From contig CDMY01000256.1 in NCBI GenBank assembly GCA_001179505.1, positions 1 to 64,000 of the forward strand: a stretch of DNA of 64,000 nt. The letters are read 5' to 3'. Of this stretch, positions 38,566 through 50,162 are shown piece by piece (the first letter of the stretch is position 1; each line of letters begins with the position of its first letter). A program made the translations under genes and the position numbers. The DNA is from Vitrella brassicaformis CCMP3155 (taxonomy: Eukaryota > Protista > Chromerida). Below the pieces are notes generated by a model. That model searched no databases. It saw only the letters and a program-made list of their open reading frames with translations, and was not told where the DNA came from.

Positions 38566-40200
38566 CGCAGCACAAAGTACTTCTCGAAGTCGCGCCGCTC
38601 GATGAAGCCGTCCTGGTTGGAATCAATGTCCCAGAAGACGTCCTCGATGACCGTGTCGCGGCTGCCCTTGACGCTGGCCAGTGCCGGTTTGATGACCCGC
38701 CTTTGGTCTCGGTCCTTCTGCACCTTCCTGCGGTACCTGCTGAGCTTCTGGATGCCCGTGGCGTTAGCCTCGTCCTCCTCGTCGAGGACCATCAACTCGC
38801 CCTCCGGCCGGCCCCGCTGACACGCCGCGCCTCGCGAATGAAGGGGCCGCAGAGGATCCACCCTGGCGCATTCGGTGAGGAGAAGACGCACGCGAGGCCG
38901 GCCATGTGCGTGGCGGAAAGGGTGCAGGGGAGCGACCCCAGGAGGGTCACGAAGTCGGTGCGCGAGATGACGCCCTCTCCCTGCGTGTCGAGCTGCTGGA
39001 TGAGGGAGCCCAGGCCGATGCGGTGGCTGCGGACGGTCACGGCGATGATCTGAGGGCTGTCAGGGCCGCACCCACTCGGCTCCCGCCATCCACACGCGCC
39101 TGGCGCGACAGCCTTTCTGGATGTGCCGCATCGAGACACCCTCTTCCTGGCGCCAGGGCGGTCAGCAGCGCACTCGACTGGTGCAGCCGATGCCGCTGCA
39201 GCAACGAGGAGGGGGGGGTCCTCTCCCTCCTTGCCGAGCTCCTCGAGGACGCTCTCGTGTGCCGTGTGGCCGCCCTCGATTACCATCTGCGTCAGCTCGT
39301 CACCGATGGCCAGCGGGATGAGCCATTTGTTCACGAAGGCGCGTGGCAAGGCGGGAGGGGGCGCGCCGGCGCCCTGCCTGACTGGCCAGGCCCATCTGTT
39401 GGCCTGGTCGCTGGCGGCTTCTGCGTCGGGTGGCGGGGGCATGAGGGCCTCCTTGAGAGCCGTGTCGACTGCGATGTGCAGGTCAGTGAGGGCTCGGGTG
39501 ACCTTCCGCGCCTCCTCTTGCGAGGGCCAGTCGCGCAGACGCGTCAAGCGAAGCTCATGGCGCTCGTGAGGTCACTCAGCCTGCACACAGCGACACCCAG
39601 GCACTCAATCGACACTGACAGCCGTGTTTCAGATCTCTCACTCTCACTCTCACTCACCGTCTGAAGTCGAAGTAGAGCTGCTGGTCGGCAGCCGCCCTGC
39701 TGCTGTCCTTGCCGCCCTCGGGCGCCATCCACTCGAGATCGCCGCCCTCCACGCCCCGCACCAGTCTGTCGAGCTGCTCACCCACCTCTACAGCACCGTC
39801 CGCGTCGCCACGAGCCAGCGAATACGACACGTCACTCATTGCAGACGATATGGCTCCCCACAGCGCGCCATAGGGGGTCGAGAGGAAGTGCCGCACGATA
39901 CGCGGCAGGGCGCTGAGGGCCTTTTGGTCGAAGGAGGCTGGCACTGGGGAGGCGATGGCACGTGTGGCGGCGGTGTTGGCCTCGTTGTCAGCCGGTGGCA
40001 GGTGGGTATGGGTGTGGGTGTGGGTGTACTGCTGCTGGTGCTGCAGCTGCTGGATCTGGCTGCCCATCATCTCGATCTGCCGCGCCATGGTCTCCCTCTC
40101 GGCCAGTGCCGCCTTGAGCTGCCGCTGGAGCTCTCCCTCCCCTCTCCCTCCCGGCCTCATCAACCGCCGCCATCCGCTGCTCCTGCCCCATCTGTGAGCC
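38566..40200 (-). pseudogene. 5' part of decayed coiled-coil/EF-hand gene (copy A); 38566-39166 is identical to 35655-36255
   Basis: Carries the same indels as the copy at 35655-36255. An extra G in the purine run near 40140 separates QEQRMAAVDEAGRE from EGELQRQLKAALAERE. Confidence 0.65.
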
Positions 40201-40267
40201 GCCTACGACGGGATGGCGACGGCTTCTGGCGTCGGGTCTTCTAAACACCAGGCATTGACATGCGGGA

Positions 40268-43061
40268 CTATGATGTTGGCTCGGTTGGCGAGCCGGAGGG
40301 TGATGCAGGTGGCGGAGCGGGTGAGCCGGAGGGTGACGATGATCCGTCGGTGTCGGTCGTCGGTGGCGTCCTCTCGGCAAGCACCTTGCGCACGGCTGAG
40401 TGAGGCACATGAATCCACACAGAGACAGTGAGCAGGTTGGTGGTGGTCCAGTGTGTGTGGTGTGGTGTGGTGTTTGCCGCTCCATCTCTGTACCTGCAAG
40501 GGTCTTCGCGCAGTAGTCGCGTGCCGCCTGCTCCAGGCGGTCTGCCGTCTTGCTCTGCCCGAACACCGCCACCTTCATGAACAACTCCAAGGCGGGCATC
40601 GTCACGCCTGACAGACGGCACTCTCCTTTGGCCGCGTCGTAGGCCTTCTTCGTGGTCGCCCTGTAGGCCGTCTCCACCTCCTCTGCCGTGACGCTCTTGG
40701 CCCCGCACTTCCTGAAGAGTGCCGTGATGTCGGTCTCGGCCTGCCGCAGCAAGTCGTTCACCCCGGCAGTGACGGGCAGCGCCAGCAGCAGGACCATCCA
40801 CGCCGCACACAAGTAGTCGTAGGCGACGGTGGTGGTGGGGAAGGGCGGCAGAGCGTCTCCCTCGCGGTGCAGGATGGTCTTCATGTGGGCGAGACTCACC
40901 AGGGGCGACGGGGGGACAGTGGTCACGGGAGGAGCCTCACGCGTGGTGGTTGTTGGGAATGGGGCAGACAGGAAGCCGGCGCTCTCCATGTCGATCATGG
41001 CCACCTCGCCGTTGCGGCCTCGCAGCAAGATGTTCTTCCAGTGCATGTCGTTGTGGCTCAGGCCACGAGCATGCAGGGCCAGCATCTGCTCGATGGTGTT
41101 GACGGCGATGATGGCGTCGAGCAGCTGGTCGCGTCGAGAGGGGTTGCTGACATGCTGGTAGACCGAGATGGCTGCAATCAATTAGCAAAATACACCCACA
41201 GACACATCAGTCAGATGTGGACGTGTTCTTCCTTCCTCTCTCTCCCTGCGTGCCTGTGCCATACGTACCATCGCCTATCTTCTCCATGATGAGGCAGATG
41301 CCATCACCGGCCGTCTCGACAGTCGCCTCTATCTGCCCGTCCTCACCCTCACCCTCACCCGTCACCACGACTATCTTGGGCCGTAGCCGGGGTGCGTCCG
41401 CGACCACACCCAGCACAGCTGGCGCCAACAGCAGGCTCCCGTCGCGTGTGAGCGCCCCACTGTCCCGGTCGAGCCGCAGCTGCGGTGGTGTTTGCCGCGT
41501 CGCGGAGCCGGTCGGCTTCCCACCTCAGCCGCTTGACGAGGTCGACCACCTTCTGCCGCTCCTCCTCCCCCACCCTCGTCAGGACTTGATCCGCCTCACT
41601 CGAGACGAACTTGGCCACGGCCTCCCGCTGCTCGGCTCGGCCCCCTTCGCTGCTCACCAGCAGGCCCGCGAAGACCTCGAAATCACCCCTGCCCTCGCCC
41701 ATCTTCCTGGTCGGCTCGAAGGCCATCTCTGCCGTCAGCTGCACATGTGTGCTGCTGTCGTCGTCAGTGGGCGACGTTGGCACTGGCGGAGGCGATGGTG
41801 GGGGTGATGGTGGGGGTGATGGTGGGGGGATGGGGAGCTCCGCTGATGGCTGCACGTTGTGGCCTCCGACTAGAGGGCTAGAGGGCTGCTCACACAACTC
41901 TGAACGGAAAGAAACACAACCAAGAGACAACGATTGGTCAGGTGTTGACTTCCTGCTGGTTTCCAGTGCATCCACCCCTTGCTGACCACTCTCAACATCT
42001 ACACAATTGGCAGGGAATGCTCTCCCTCCTTCGGCGGCTCTCTCGGCTGTCTTGCCCTCTTCTGCCCTCTCCCCGGCGTCTGCACTTGTCACTTCTCCCT
42101 CCTCTGCCTCTGCGTCACTGTGTTGTTGTGCGGCGGTGGCGCTGCTGTGTGGCTGGGCGGGGAGTGCGAAGGCCTGGTTGGCTGGGGCTGTTGGTATTGG
42201 TGCGGCTGATGGGTGATCGTCGTGAGTCCCTCGGTCGGCGGCCCTCTCCTCACCCTCAACATGCCCCTCATCCCCCCTCCTCACGTCCTCGTCGGCCCTC
42301 TCTCGGTGCTGAGGCTGCTCATCGACGGGCCCGTCCTGGTGCAGGTCCGCTAGCTGCCGGTCCTGCCGGGTGGGCGACTCATGGCCATCGTTGTTCAGCC
42401 CCTGGGGCACATCTGTCGCTTCATTAGCGTGGGGCTCCTGTTCCCTCTCCTCCTCACCCTCCCTCCCCTCTCCCTCCCTGAAACTCGCCGCAGATTGCAG
42501 TGGTGGCATGGCGGTGGGGATGCCTGCAATGTTAGGCCGTGCCGTTGGCCTGTGTGGCTGCGGCGGCGGCGCTGCTGGGTGTGGGGCGTAGACGGGGGGC
42601 GCCATGGCGGCTGCTGGTGGTAGGAAGCCCCACCCAGAGTTGAACGCGGCTGGCGGGACTGCTGCAGTGGGGATGGGCAGGGGGGGATGCAGCAGGTGCG
42701 TCGCGGCCAGCACGGCGTGTGACGGCGCATGGCGGGCATGCGCGTCCATGGGCGCGGTCGCACCCTCCACGTTCTGCCAGGCCCGAAGGCAAGGCGGAAC
42801 CGTGAAGGGGTTGACTCGCGACTTGCAAGGCCACGTGTTCCTCGGCAGTTGTGGCGGCTTGCGCGCAGGCGCCCTGTGGCGCTTTTGAGCGGGTATCCGC
42901 TCGAGTGGCCTTCGCGTGGGCACGGTGGGTGGGGGCGGCCACATCATGTAGGGGTGTTGCTGGAGGTGCTGATGCTGAGGCATGTGCGGCGGAGGGAGGC
43001 CGGGTGCCGCTCCTTTGAAAATGAAGTGCTGCTGCTGTTGTTGCACGTGTGATGAAGGCAT
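40268..43061 (-). pseudogene. Atypical protein-kinase-like gene with long Pro/Gln-rich N-terminus; one frameshift in the N-lobe
   Basis: Gly-loop-like KMGEGRGDFEVF, AVAKF, alphaC-like RWEADRL, CLIMEK, catalytic loop HNDMHWKN, AMIDME. The frame shifts by one base near 41490 (DAAN to PPQLRLDRDSG) with no usable intron. Confidence 0.7.
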
Positions 43062-43299
43062 CAGGCGTGGCGCTTGATGTCGGGATAGCGGAAGGGGGTC
43101 TCTGGCTTGAACTCGCAGATAAGCTCGCAGCCATGGGCTCGCAGATTGGAAGGAAGCTTCCCGAGGAAGCTGTACCGCGATTCTAGGCCGCCAACAGATC
43201 GCCAGCAGCAGGTCAGTGCATCAATGAATGGATGGATGGATGGATGGATGGATTATCAAGATAGACTCACTCGCCGACGTCTGCGTGTCTGCGGTGTTT

Positions 43300-43889
43300 G
43301 CAGGTGTGGATCGGTCATCAGCGAACATCACGGCTCTTGCGGGACATTGCGATACCAGGTGCAAAAAAGTACGATTTGTTTGAGAGCACCTGGTCGCATG
43401 CCCAATGTCCGTCTATATTGCCATTGCTCCTCAGGCCACCCACTCCTGACGCCGAGCAGCAGCTGTCCAGAGATCGCTATCCCCCTTCTAGCATTCGAGG
43501 AGAGAACGAGCATGGAGGTGCTTACCGTCGACAACAATCTCGAGGAGCTCAGACAGCGGGCGAATGGGGCGACCTTCAGCGTACGACCACTGCCCGGCCA
43601 CGGTCTGGCATTCATGTGGCCGCCGCACCCTCGGCGCGGCAGCATGATCGTCGCTGGCCTTGTCTATGGTCGCGTGGACCGACAGCCGCATGTCGTTCTT
43701 CCCCCACTGCACCACTCGCCGTTCCTTCGGCCTCACGCACCCATTGGCGCCCCGCCGCCTCATGCCGGGCCACGGACGAGTGACGGCAGAGCCATGCGGC
43801 CTCCCATGATGCGTTTGTTGGGATGGACAGTGGGCCAAGAGAGAGGAGGGTCCGACGGCAGAGTGGAGACAAGGGACAGAGGGGACTGA
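43300..43889 (+). pseudogene. Possible degenerate coding segment of unknown family
   Basis: A splice-acceptor-like site at ~43302 followed by two overlapping coding-like frames (VWIGHQRTSRLLRDIAIP; EIAIPLLAFEERTSMEVLTVD...IVAGLVYGRV); no recognised motif. Confidence 0.2.
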
Positions 43890-44776
43890 TTGGGAATAAC
43901 GGGCGGTCCGAATTAGCGGCGTCGGTGATATCTGGCGATCCTGCGCCTCGCCCGCTTCTCATCCTGCAGTCGTCTGGTGGTCGACCTCGCACTCGGTGGG
44001 GCAAGAAGTGCACACGCACGCGGCATCCCATCCCGCTCCCCATCCTATTGTGTCTGCCTGTGTGCCACAGCCCCTCAGGCTTGACCAGCTAGTTCATGTT
44101 TCTTGGTGCTGCCGCGCCTGATCCCTGGCCACGACAGCGATAACGCCATCAGCAACGGATGAGCGATGTGGGGGGAGAGTTTTCTTCTCGTCCCTCGTAT
44201 GTTTGGCTGGGTAAAGGAATATGGATTCTGCGTGAGCTTGTTTGTCTTGTGGTGTATACGGCTGTGCGGTACTGGGCTACCTGAATCATGTCGTCTGAAA
44301 GTGAAATCAACATTCATTTGCATCGATCTCCCTTCCAGACGAGTCAACGCCTCCATTCACCACACATGCATACATACACTCACGCGGGAGGGAGGGGACC
44401 GGTTGGAACCTTCGCTTGTCTTTCTTTGTGCTGTCTATCTGTCTGTCTGTCTGTCTGTCTTGTGTTCTTGTCTACAACGTGTGTCGAAAATGCGTCGAGG
44501 GACATGACATGATGGGTGTAGGGTGAAGTGATTGACTCGTCGAGGGCTGACAGTCACTGTGACGCTCAGATGACGATGGTCAAGAGGTGAATAGTGAAGA
44601 CACTGCAGAGAAGCTGGATGAACGAATGAACGAAATGTTTGTGTGTGTGTGTATACACATGATCGATGTGTACACATGTCTTTGTTCGTCCGTCATTGCA
44701 GATTGCTTAAGACCCCTCACTGCGGGTCATTGCTGTTTGTCTGGGTTGCAATTGCAAGAAGCAGGACGCCTCTGAG

Positions 44777-47475
44777 ATGACCATGAAGGGCCTGCTGTTG
44801 GCTCTCATCGTCCTCTTGGCTGTGATTCGCAACGTCAGATCTGACTTGCCTGTCCACTGCCTAACCAGCGACGTTGCTGGTCTCTGGCGGTTCTGCCTTG
44901 ACAGAGACAGAGACGTCCAGCTGCCTCGCTGTGGGAGCGACGTGAGTGAATGACTGAGAGGATTCACCAATGAGAGAGACACAATGCCGCATCTCTCTGT
45001 GTGCAGACTCCCAACACCAATCTGGGCAATCTGCGCCTGTCGGTGAGTCAACATATGAATGAGAGGACCAGAGACATGCACTTGCTAGCCTATTTTCTCC
45101 TCTGTGTGTGTGCAGAATCACTCGTCGTGGCTCGAGGCGAACCGTGGCGGCGTGGGTGAGTGCGTCACTGTACACCTGACAACAGACGAGGCGGCTGACG
45201 GAACGAGCGGCCGTGAGGACTGGAAGCGGCTGGTGGTGAGGGATGGCGACAAGACGAGCGGTGACATCGGCAGATGGACAATGGTCTACGACGAGGTCAG
45301 CCGAATGAATGGATGAATGGATGGATGGATGGTCATCAATCTCATGTCTCCGTGGATGTCGTTTATCAGGGTTTTGAGGTGCGTCTCGACAATGGCCGAG
45401 TGCTGTTCGCCTTCAGCCACTATGCACCCACGTCTGAAGCCAACTGCCCTCCGCCGCACAACGGACAAGGTACTTAACCAGCCAACCAGCCAGTTGGCCG
45501 TTGACACACACGTGCATCTCCCATGTGTGTGTTTCCATCTCACAGGTGAAGACAATCACGGCAGAAGTCAGTGCTACGTCTCCCAATGTCACAGGACACA
45601 GGTCACACATGCAACACGAGCACACCCACCCACACACAAACACGACTAGTGTGTGTTGTGTTATTGCACAGATCGGCTGGCACAGTGACGCGTCTGAGTA
45701 TGGCTGCTTCGTCGGGTCCAAGCTCAGCAGCCGCACTCCCCGCCCACCTCGCACCACAAACTATGTGCGCCACATCGCCCCCTCAGCCGACAGCACACAA
45801 CCAGACAGTGAGGGCGACGCCAACACGCCCACAACAACAACGACAGCACTCGACACCGGCGTGTGTGCCTCCCGCCGGCCCATGTTCGTGAGGTACCACC
45901 ACCACCCGCCCAGTGACGACGTCATCCCGTCCTCGTCTGCCGTGCGGTTCGCCGGCAAACCCGGCCGCCGACCCACCATTGGCTCCGTGCTGCGGCGAAG
46001 CGGTGGGGTGTCCTTCCTGCAGTCACGTGCGCTCTTTGCCAGCAACTTCCCCTGCCCGTCGGCTGCCACCTCGACACCACCCACGACAGAGACGCGAGGC
46101 GGCCAGCACGAGCTGCCGGCGAGTTTCAGCTGGGAGGGCGAGCTCGGCAGGGACGATGTCATCAACCAACAAGACTGCGGCAGCTGTTACGCCATCGCAT
46201 GCGCATACGCCCTACAGAGCCGCTTCCGTATCGAGCTGAGCCGCCGTGGTGTGCGTGACGTGCCGGTGCAATTGTCTGCCCAGTCAGTGCTGAGCTGTTC
46301 GCCATACAACCAAGGCTGCGACGGGGGATACCCATTCCTCGTCGGCAAGGTCAGTCAGTCCCCTTTGCTCACTGACATCCACTCGCTCATTATTGTTGTT
46401 GTGTGTATGTGTCGAGCAGCACGCGTCAGAGGTGTGTCTGCAGGAGGAGAAGTGTCTGGGCTACGCCGCCACCCACACGAGCGTCGCCTGCCCCACCTCT
46501 CACACGCCACTCAGCGACGACTGCCGATCGCTGTGGTTCGCCAAGTCATACTCGTACGTCGGTAAGCAAGAGAGCAAAGCCGTCCACACATCACACACAG
46601 ATCGGTGGATGTGGCTCTTTCTTGTTTGTTGAGGTGGGTTCTACGAGCACTCGAGTGAGGATCGCATCAAGGCAGAGGTGTTCCACCGCGGCCCAGTCGT
46701 GATTGCCATCAACGCGCCAAAGGCCCTCTCTGAGTACCGGCAGACGTCGGCAGTGTTCGACCGGCCGCCGAGTTTGGCCGAGGACGGCGGCAACTACGGC
46801 GTGTGTGACGTCGACAAGAAGGGATGGAATGGATGGCAATACACTGACGTACGCAAAAAGACAATGCACACACACACAGACACACTTGTGTGACGACGTG
46901 TGTGTATGTGTGTGTGTGTGCTGCTGATAGCATGCTGTTGTGGTTGTTGGCTGGGGGGAGACGACTCCAGCAGCACACACCAACAGCAGCAGCTGCCACA
47001 AGTGTATGGCACCCACAGCAACACACTGGGTGCTTGTGTGTACTGTGTGTGTCTCTCTGGCGCATCCTTTCACACAGATTGGATCGTTCGCAACTCGTGG
47101 GGCCCTCAGTGGGGTGACAGCGGTTACTTCAAAATGTGCCGCGGAAAGAACCTCGGTCCGTCCGCCACACACACACACAACCACACACACACACACACGT
47201 GTGTGTGTGTGTGTGTGTGTGTGTGCAGCTGGTGTTGAGTCGCAGGCCGTGGTGATCGATCCCGAGCTCACCAGAGGCCGCGCCGCACAAAGTACACACA
47301 CACAGCCGCCTGGTTCACACTCACACCCACACTCACTCTCACTGCATGGGTGTCTCTGTGTTTGTCAGTTCTTGCTGAGCGTGGTCTGGCCGAGACGAAC
47401 AGCAGCAGCAGCACAGAGCAGGCCAGAGGCACGACAAGGCAAGTCAGCATCGGCTCGCGCGGGCAGATCAATTGA
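44777..47475 (+). CDS. CTSC: Cathepsin C / dipeptidyl aminopeptidase (papain family C1), secreted, multi-exon
   Basis: Signal peptide then exclusion-domain start DLPVHCLTSDVAGLWRF. Catalytic Gln/Cys INQQDCGSCYAIA, SCSPYNQGCDGGYPFLVGK, His TD|HAVVVVGWG, Asn YWIVRNSWGPQWGDSGYF. Confidence 0.95.
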
Positions 47476-47780
47476 CCGATCCATACGCTGACGGACTGAC
47501 TGATCATGAGTGCATGACATACATCCAGAGAGCGGCTGCACCCATGAATGTGTAAGTGATTGATGAGATGAATGGCCATCGACACACGCAATACTAGCTA
47601 ATGAATAGGGCGGGTGTCGCTGTAGATACTTGTGTCTCGCGTGTTTCAGTGGCCATTCAACCATATTTGTGTCTCTTGCCCGCCCGTTCCATTCGCACCC
47701 CAACCGTTCACACTCGGCCCTCCCCCACTCCCTCCCTCACTCGATGGATCCCTTCCCCACTCGCCGCTCCACCACTCTGC

Positions 47781-49136
47781 TCACAGTTCGATTTCCATAC
47801 GTCCGCTGCCATCAGCAGCAGCGCCACCCTCCGCCCCACAGGTCACCATCTCGTTCTCGTCGCCCCAGTCGAAGCTGCCGGCGGCGAGTGCGTCAGCGTA
47901 TCGCATCTGTGACTCCCAGATCTCTCGTGCGCGGGCCTGCATCACCTGCCACATCTCGTGCGGCAGGGGGCGGTAGTAGTCGGGATCGACATTCCAGTTG
48001 CGCACCAGGGGCTCGTCGCTGAGCCAGGCCTCGCCCATTGGGTCGTCGTCTTGCGAGAGGATGGACTCCTTGCGAGAGGATGGACTCCTTGCGGCCGAAG
48101 GATGAACCCGAACAGCTGCTCATGAAGGCGGCGGCGCTCGTGGCGGTGCGGCTCTTCTTGCCTGGGGGCTCGAGCATATCGGCGTCAACACCTGAAGACA
48201 ACAGGGCGGGCAGACAGCGGGAATGCAGAGAGATCGGGACGGCTGGGTGATGTCTTGCGTGTGTACCGTCCTACAGCGACATGGCTCCGTGGTTGCTAGA
48301 GCAGATCTTCTTGGTGTCCAAGCCAAAAAACTGAAGGTACACATAGCCGCGATAGGGAGAGAGTTTTTTGGAGTCTCGCATTTATCTCTCTTTCTGTCTG
48401 TCAGTCACCTCTTTATTGAGACGATTGATGCCAAGGCCACACCCCAGCCCATGTGCGTAGGCATGCACCCCCACTCGCAGGTGGAAGGTGTCGTCTCCCT
48501 CCCAGTCGTGTCTCCGCTTCTTCTTGTTGTTCTCGTTGAGCACCACCTGCAGCTCAGCCAGACCACACCACACAAACACACACAACAGATACACGTGTGC
48601 TCGCAACACACACACACAGACGCTGGCCTGGATGGATGGATGGATGCATGGTCACCTACCTTTGCCGGCTGTCTTTGCGTTGACGTGTCTTTTCGTGGGG
48701 TCGTCTTTGCGGAACGAGCAGCTGGTAAACCTCATGATGTCCCTGACCTTCTCGCGGTACTGATGCGCCTTGTGCAGGACGCCCCTCACCTCCTCGAGCA
48801 GCGGCAGCTCGACGTACACCGCCAGGGCCGTGCCCTCATGCCAGTCGTGCTCGGGGCCTGTTGCCGGCCCCTTCATGCCTCCCGCTGGGTGCTCCGCGGT
48901 ATTATTCTCCCCGCCGATCTTCTTGTTGCATCGCGTGTCGAAGATCTTGGTCAGCTCGATGAAGTGAGCCGGATCGAATCTGTCGAAGAGGCGACCCTTG
49001 TACACGCAGTTCTTGTCCTTGTCATAGCGGCGCTCCTCGAACAAACGCGACTCGTTGTCAGGGAATATGTATGACTTGCCGTCTTTGGGGGAATCGAAAC
49101 GGTCATCGTGTGTCATACGTTAACTCATAGCGCAAC
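47781..49136 (-). pseudogene. 3' portion of a gene of unknown family interrupted by the LTR element; disrupted by a 19-bp duplication and a frameshift
   Basis: Exons splice in phase (…TAGK|GGAQREQQ…PPA|SVDADMLEPPGKK…). The 19-nt tandem duplication at 48051-48088 breaks the frame, and removing it restores GRKESILSQDDDPMGEAW. There is a further frame break at ~49105-49120. Confidence 0.65.
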
Positions 49137-49798
49137 TGATATCGGCCCGGGGGTTGCTTGGGGGTTAGAAGACGCTATGAAATAGCGCTTACTCGCTGCT
49201 GGTTGACCTGTCGATGAGAGACAATCAAAATTGAGTGACGACAAGCACACGAATCAAGTCGACCTGATGTCACGTCCAACGCAGGCACCTAGTCAACGGA
49301 GATAGGGGTCGATGGNNNNNNNNNNNNNNNNNNNNNNNNNNNNNNNNNNNNNNNNNNNNNNNNNNNNNNNNNNNNNNNNNNNNNNNNNNNNNNNNNNNNN
49401 NNNNNNNNNNNNNNNNNNNNNNNNNNNNNNNNNNNNNNNNNNNNNNNNNNNNNNNNNNNNNNNNNNNNNNNNNNNNNNNNNNNNNNNNNNNNNNNNNNNN
49501 NNNNNNNNNNNNNNNNNNNNNNNNNNNNNNNNNNNNNNNNNNNNNNNNNNNNNNNNNNNNNNNNNNNNNNNNNNNNNNNNNNNNNNNNNNNNNNNNNNNN
49601 NNNNNNNNNNNNNNNTCCATTCCCGTGGGGATGATTCATTCCCGTGGGAATAATAGCCTGGCCGGCCAGTTATTTTCGTCGGCCAGGACACGATGCTGGC
49701 AAGAAATTAGGAGGCCTCCCTCCCTTTTCCAGCGAAGCATCATCCATGCACAGCAGAACCGATAGATTCTAAGGCCTCATTTCAGGCCCCCTGCAACA
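49137..49798 (-). repeat. 3' LTR (contains the N gap 49316-49615; true length probably 802 bp)
   Basis: 49137-49315 matches 57302-57480 and 49616-49798 matches 57921-58103, with one mismatch seen (49772 A vs 58077 C). Confidence 0.95.
49316..49615. other. Assembly gap (300 N) inside the 3' LTR; corresponds to 440 bp in the other LTR
   Basis: Run of N; the flanks map to 57480 and 57921. Confidence 1.
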
Positions 49799-49812
49799 TT
49801 CCCTCCCTTTTT
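49799..49812 (-). other. Polypurine tract AAAAAGGGAGGGAA
   Basis: Purine run abutting the TG start of the 3' LTR on the minus strand. Confidence 0.9.
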
Positions 49813-50162
49813 GCATGCTGATCTCCGAGCAGCATTCAATCATCCATTGCAGGGGGACTGCCGAGCGGCTCCGTCCAATGCACCTCTCTCGCTCCCAACA
49901 ACGAATCCAGGGGCAGCCGCCACATGAAGAGATGAGCCCTCTCGGCCGTGGGGGAATACTTAGACGTGATGAGTGGACCAGGCTCATCGTGATGAGTGGG
50001 CAAGGCTCATCGAGACAGACAATAACCAACCGACAACTCCAAACTCCGGCCTACAGGGCTCTACGACCTCTTTTCATGCAGCTTCACCCTTGGATCAGCC
50101 ACCGAGAAGCAAAGATTTGACATTGCGCGGCGCCGCGCCAGATCGGCCGTTGGGTTAAACGC

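Noticed and set aside
35330-39830. A genuine three-copy tandem array of the EF-hand gene
   Set aside because: The outer copies are identical over 601 bp and each abuts a fixed 300-N gap; a scaffolding artefact is more parsimonious.
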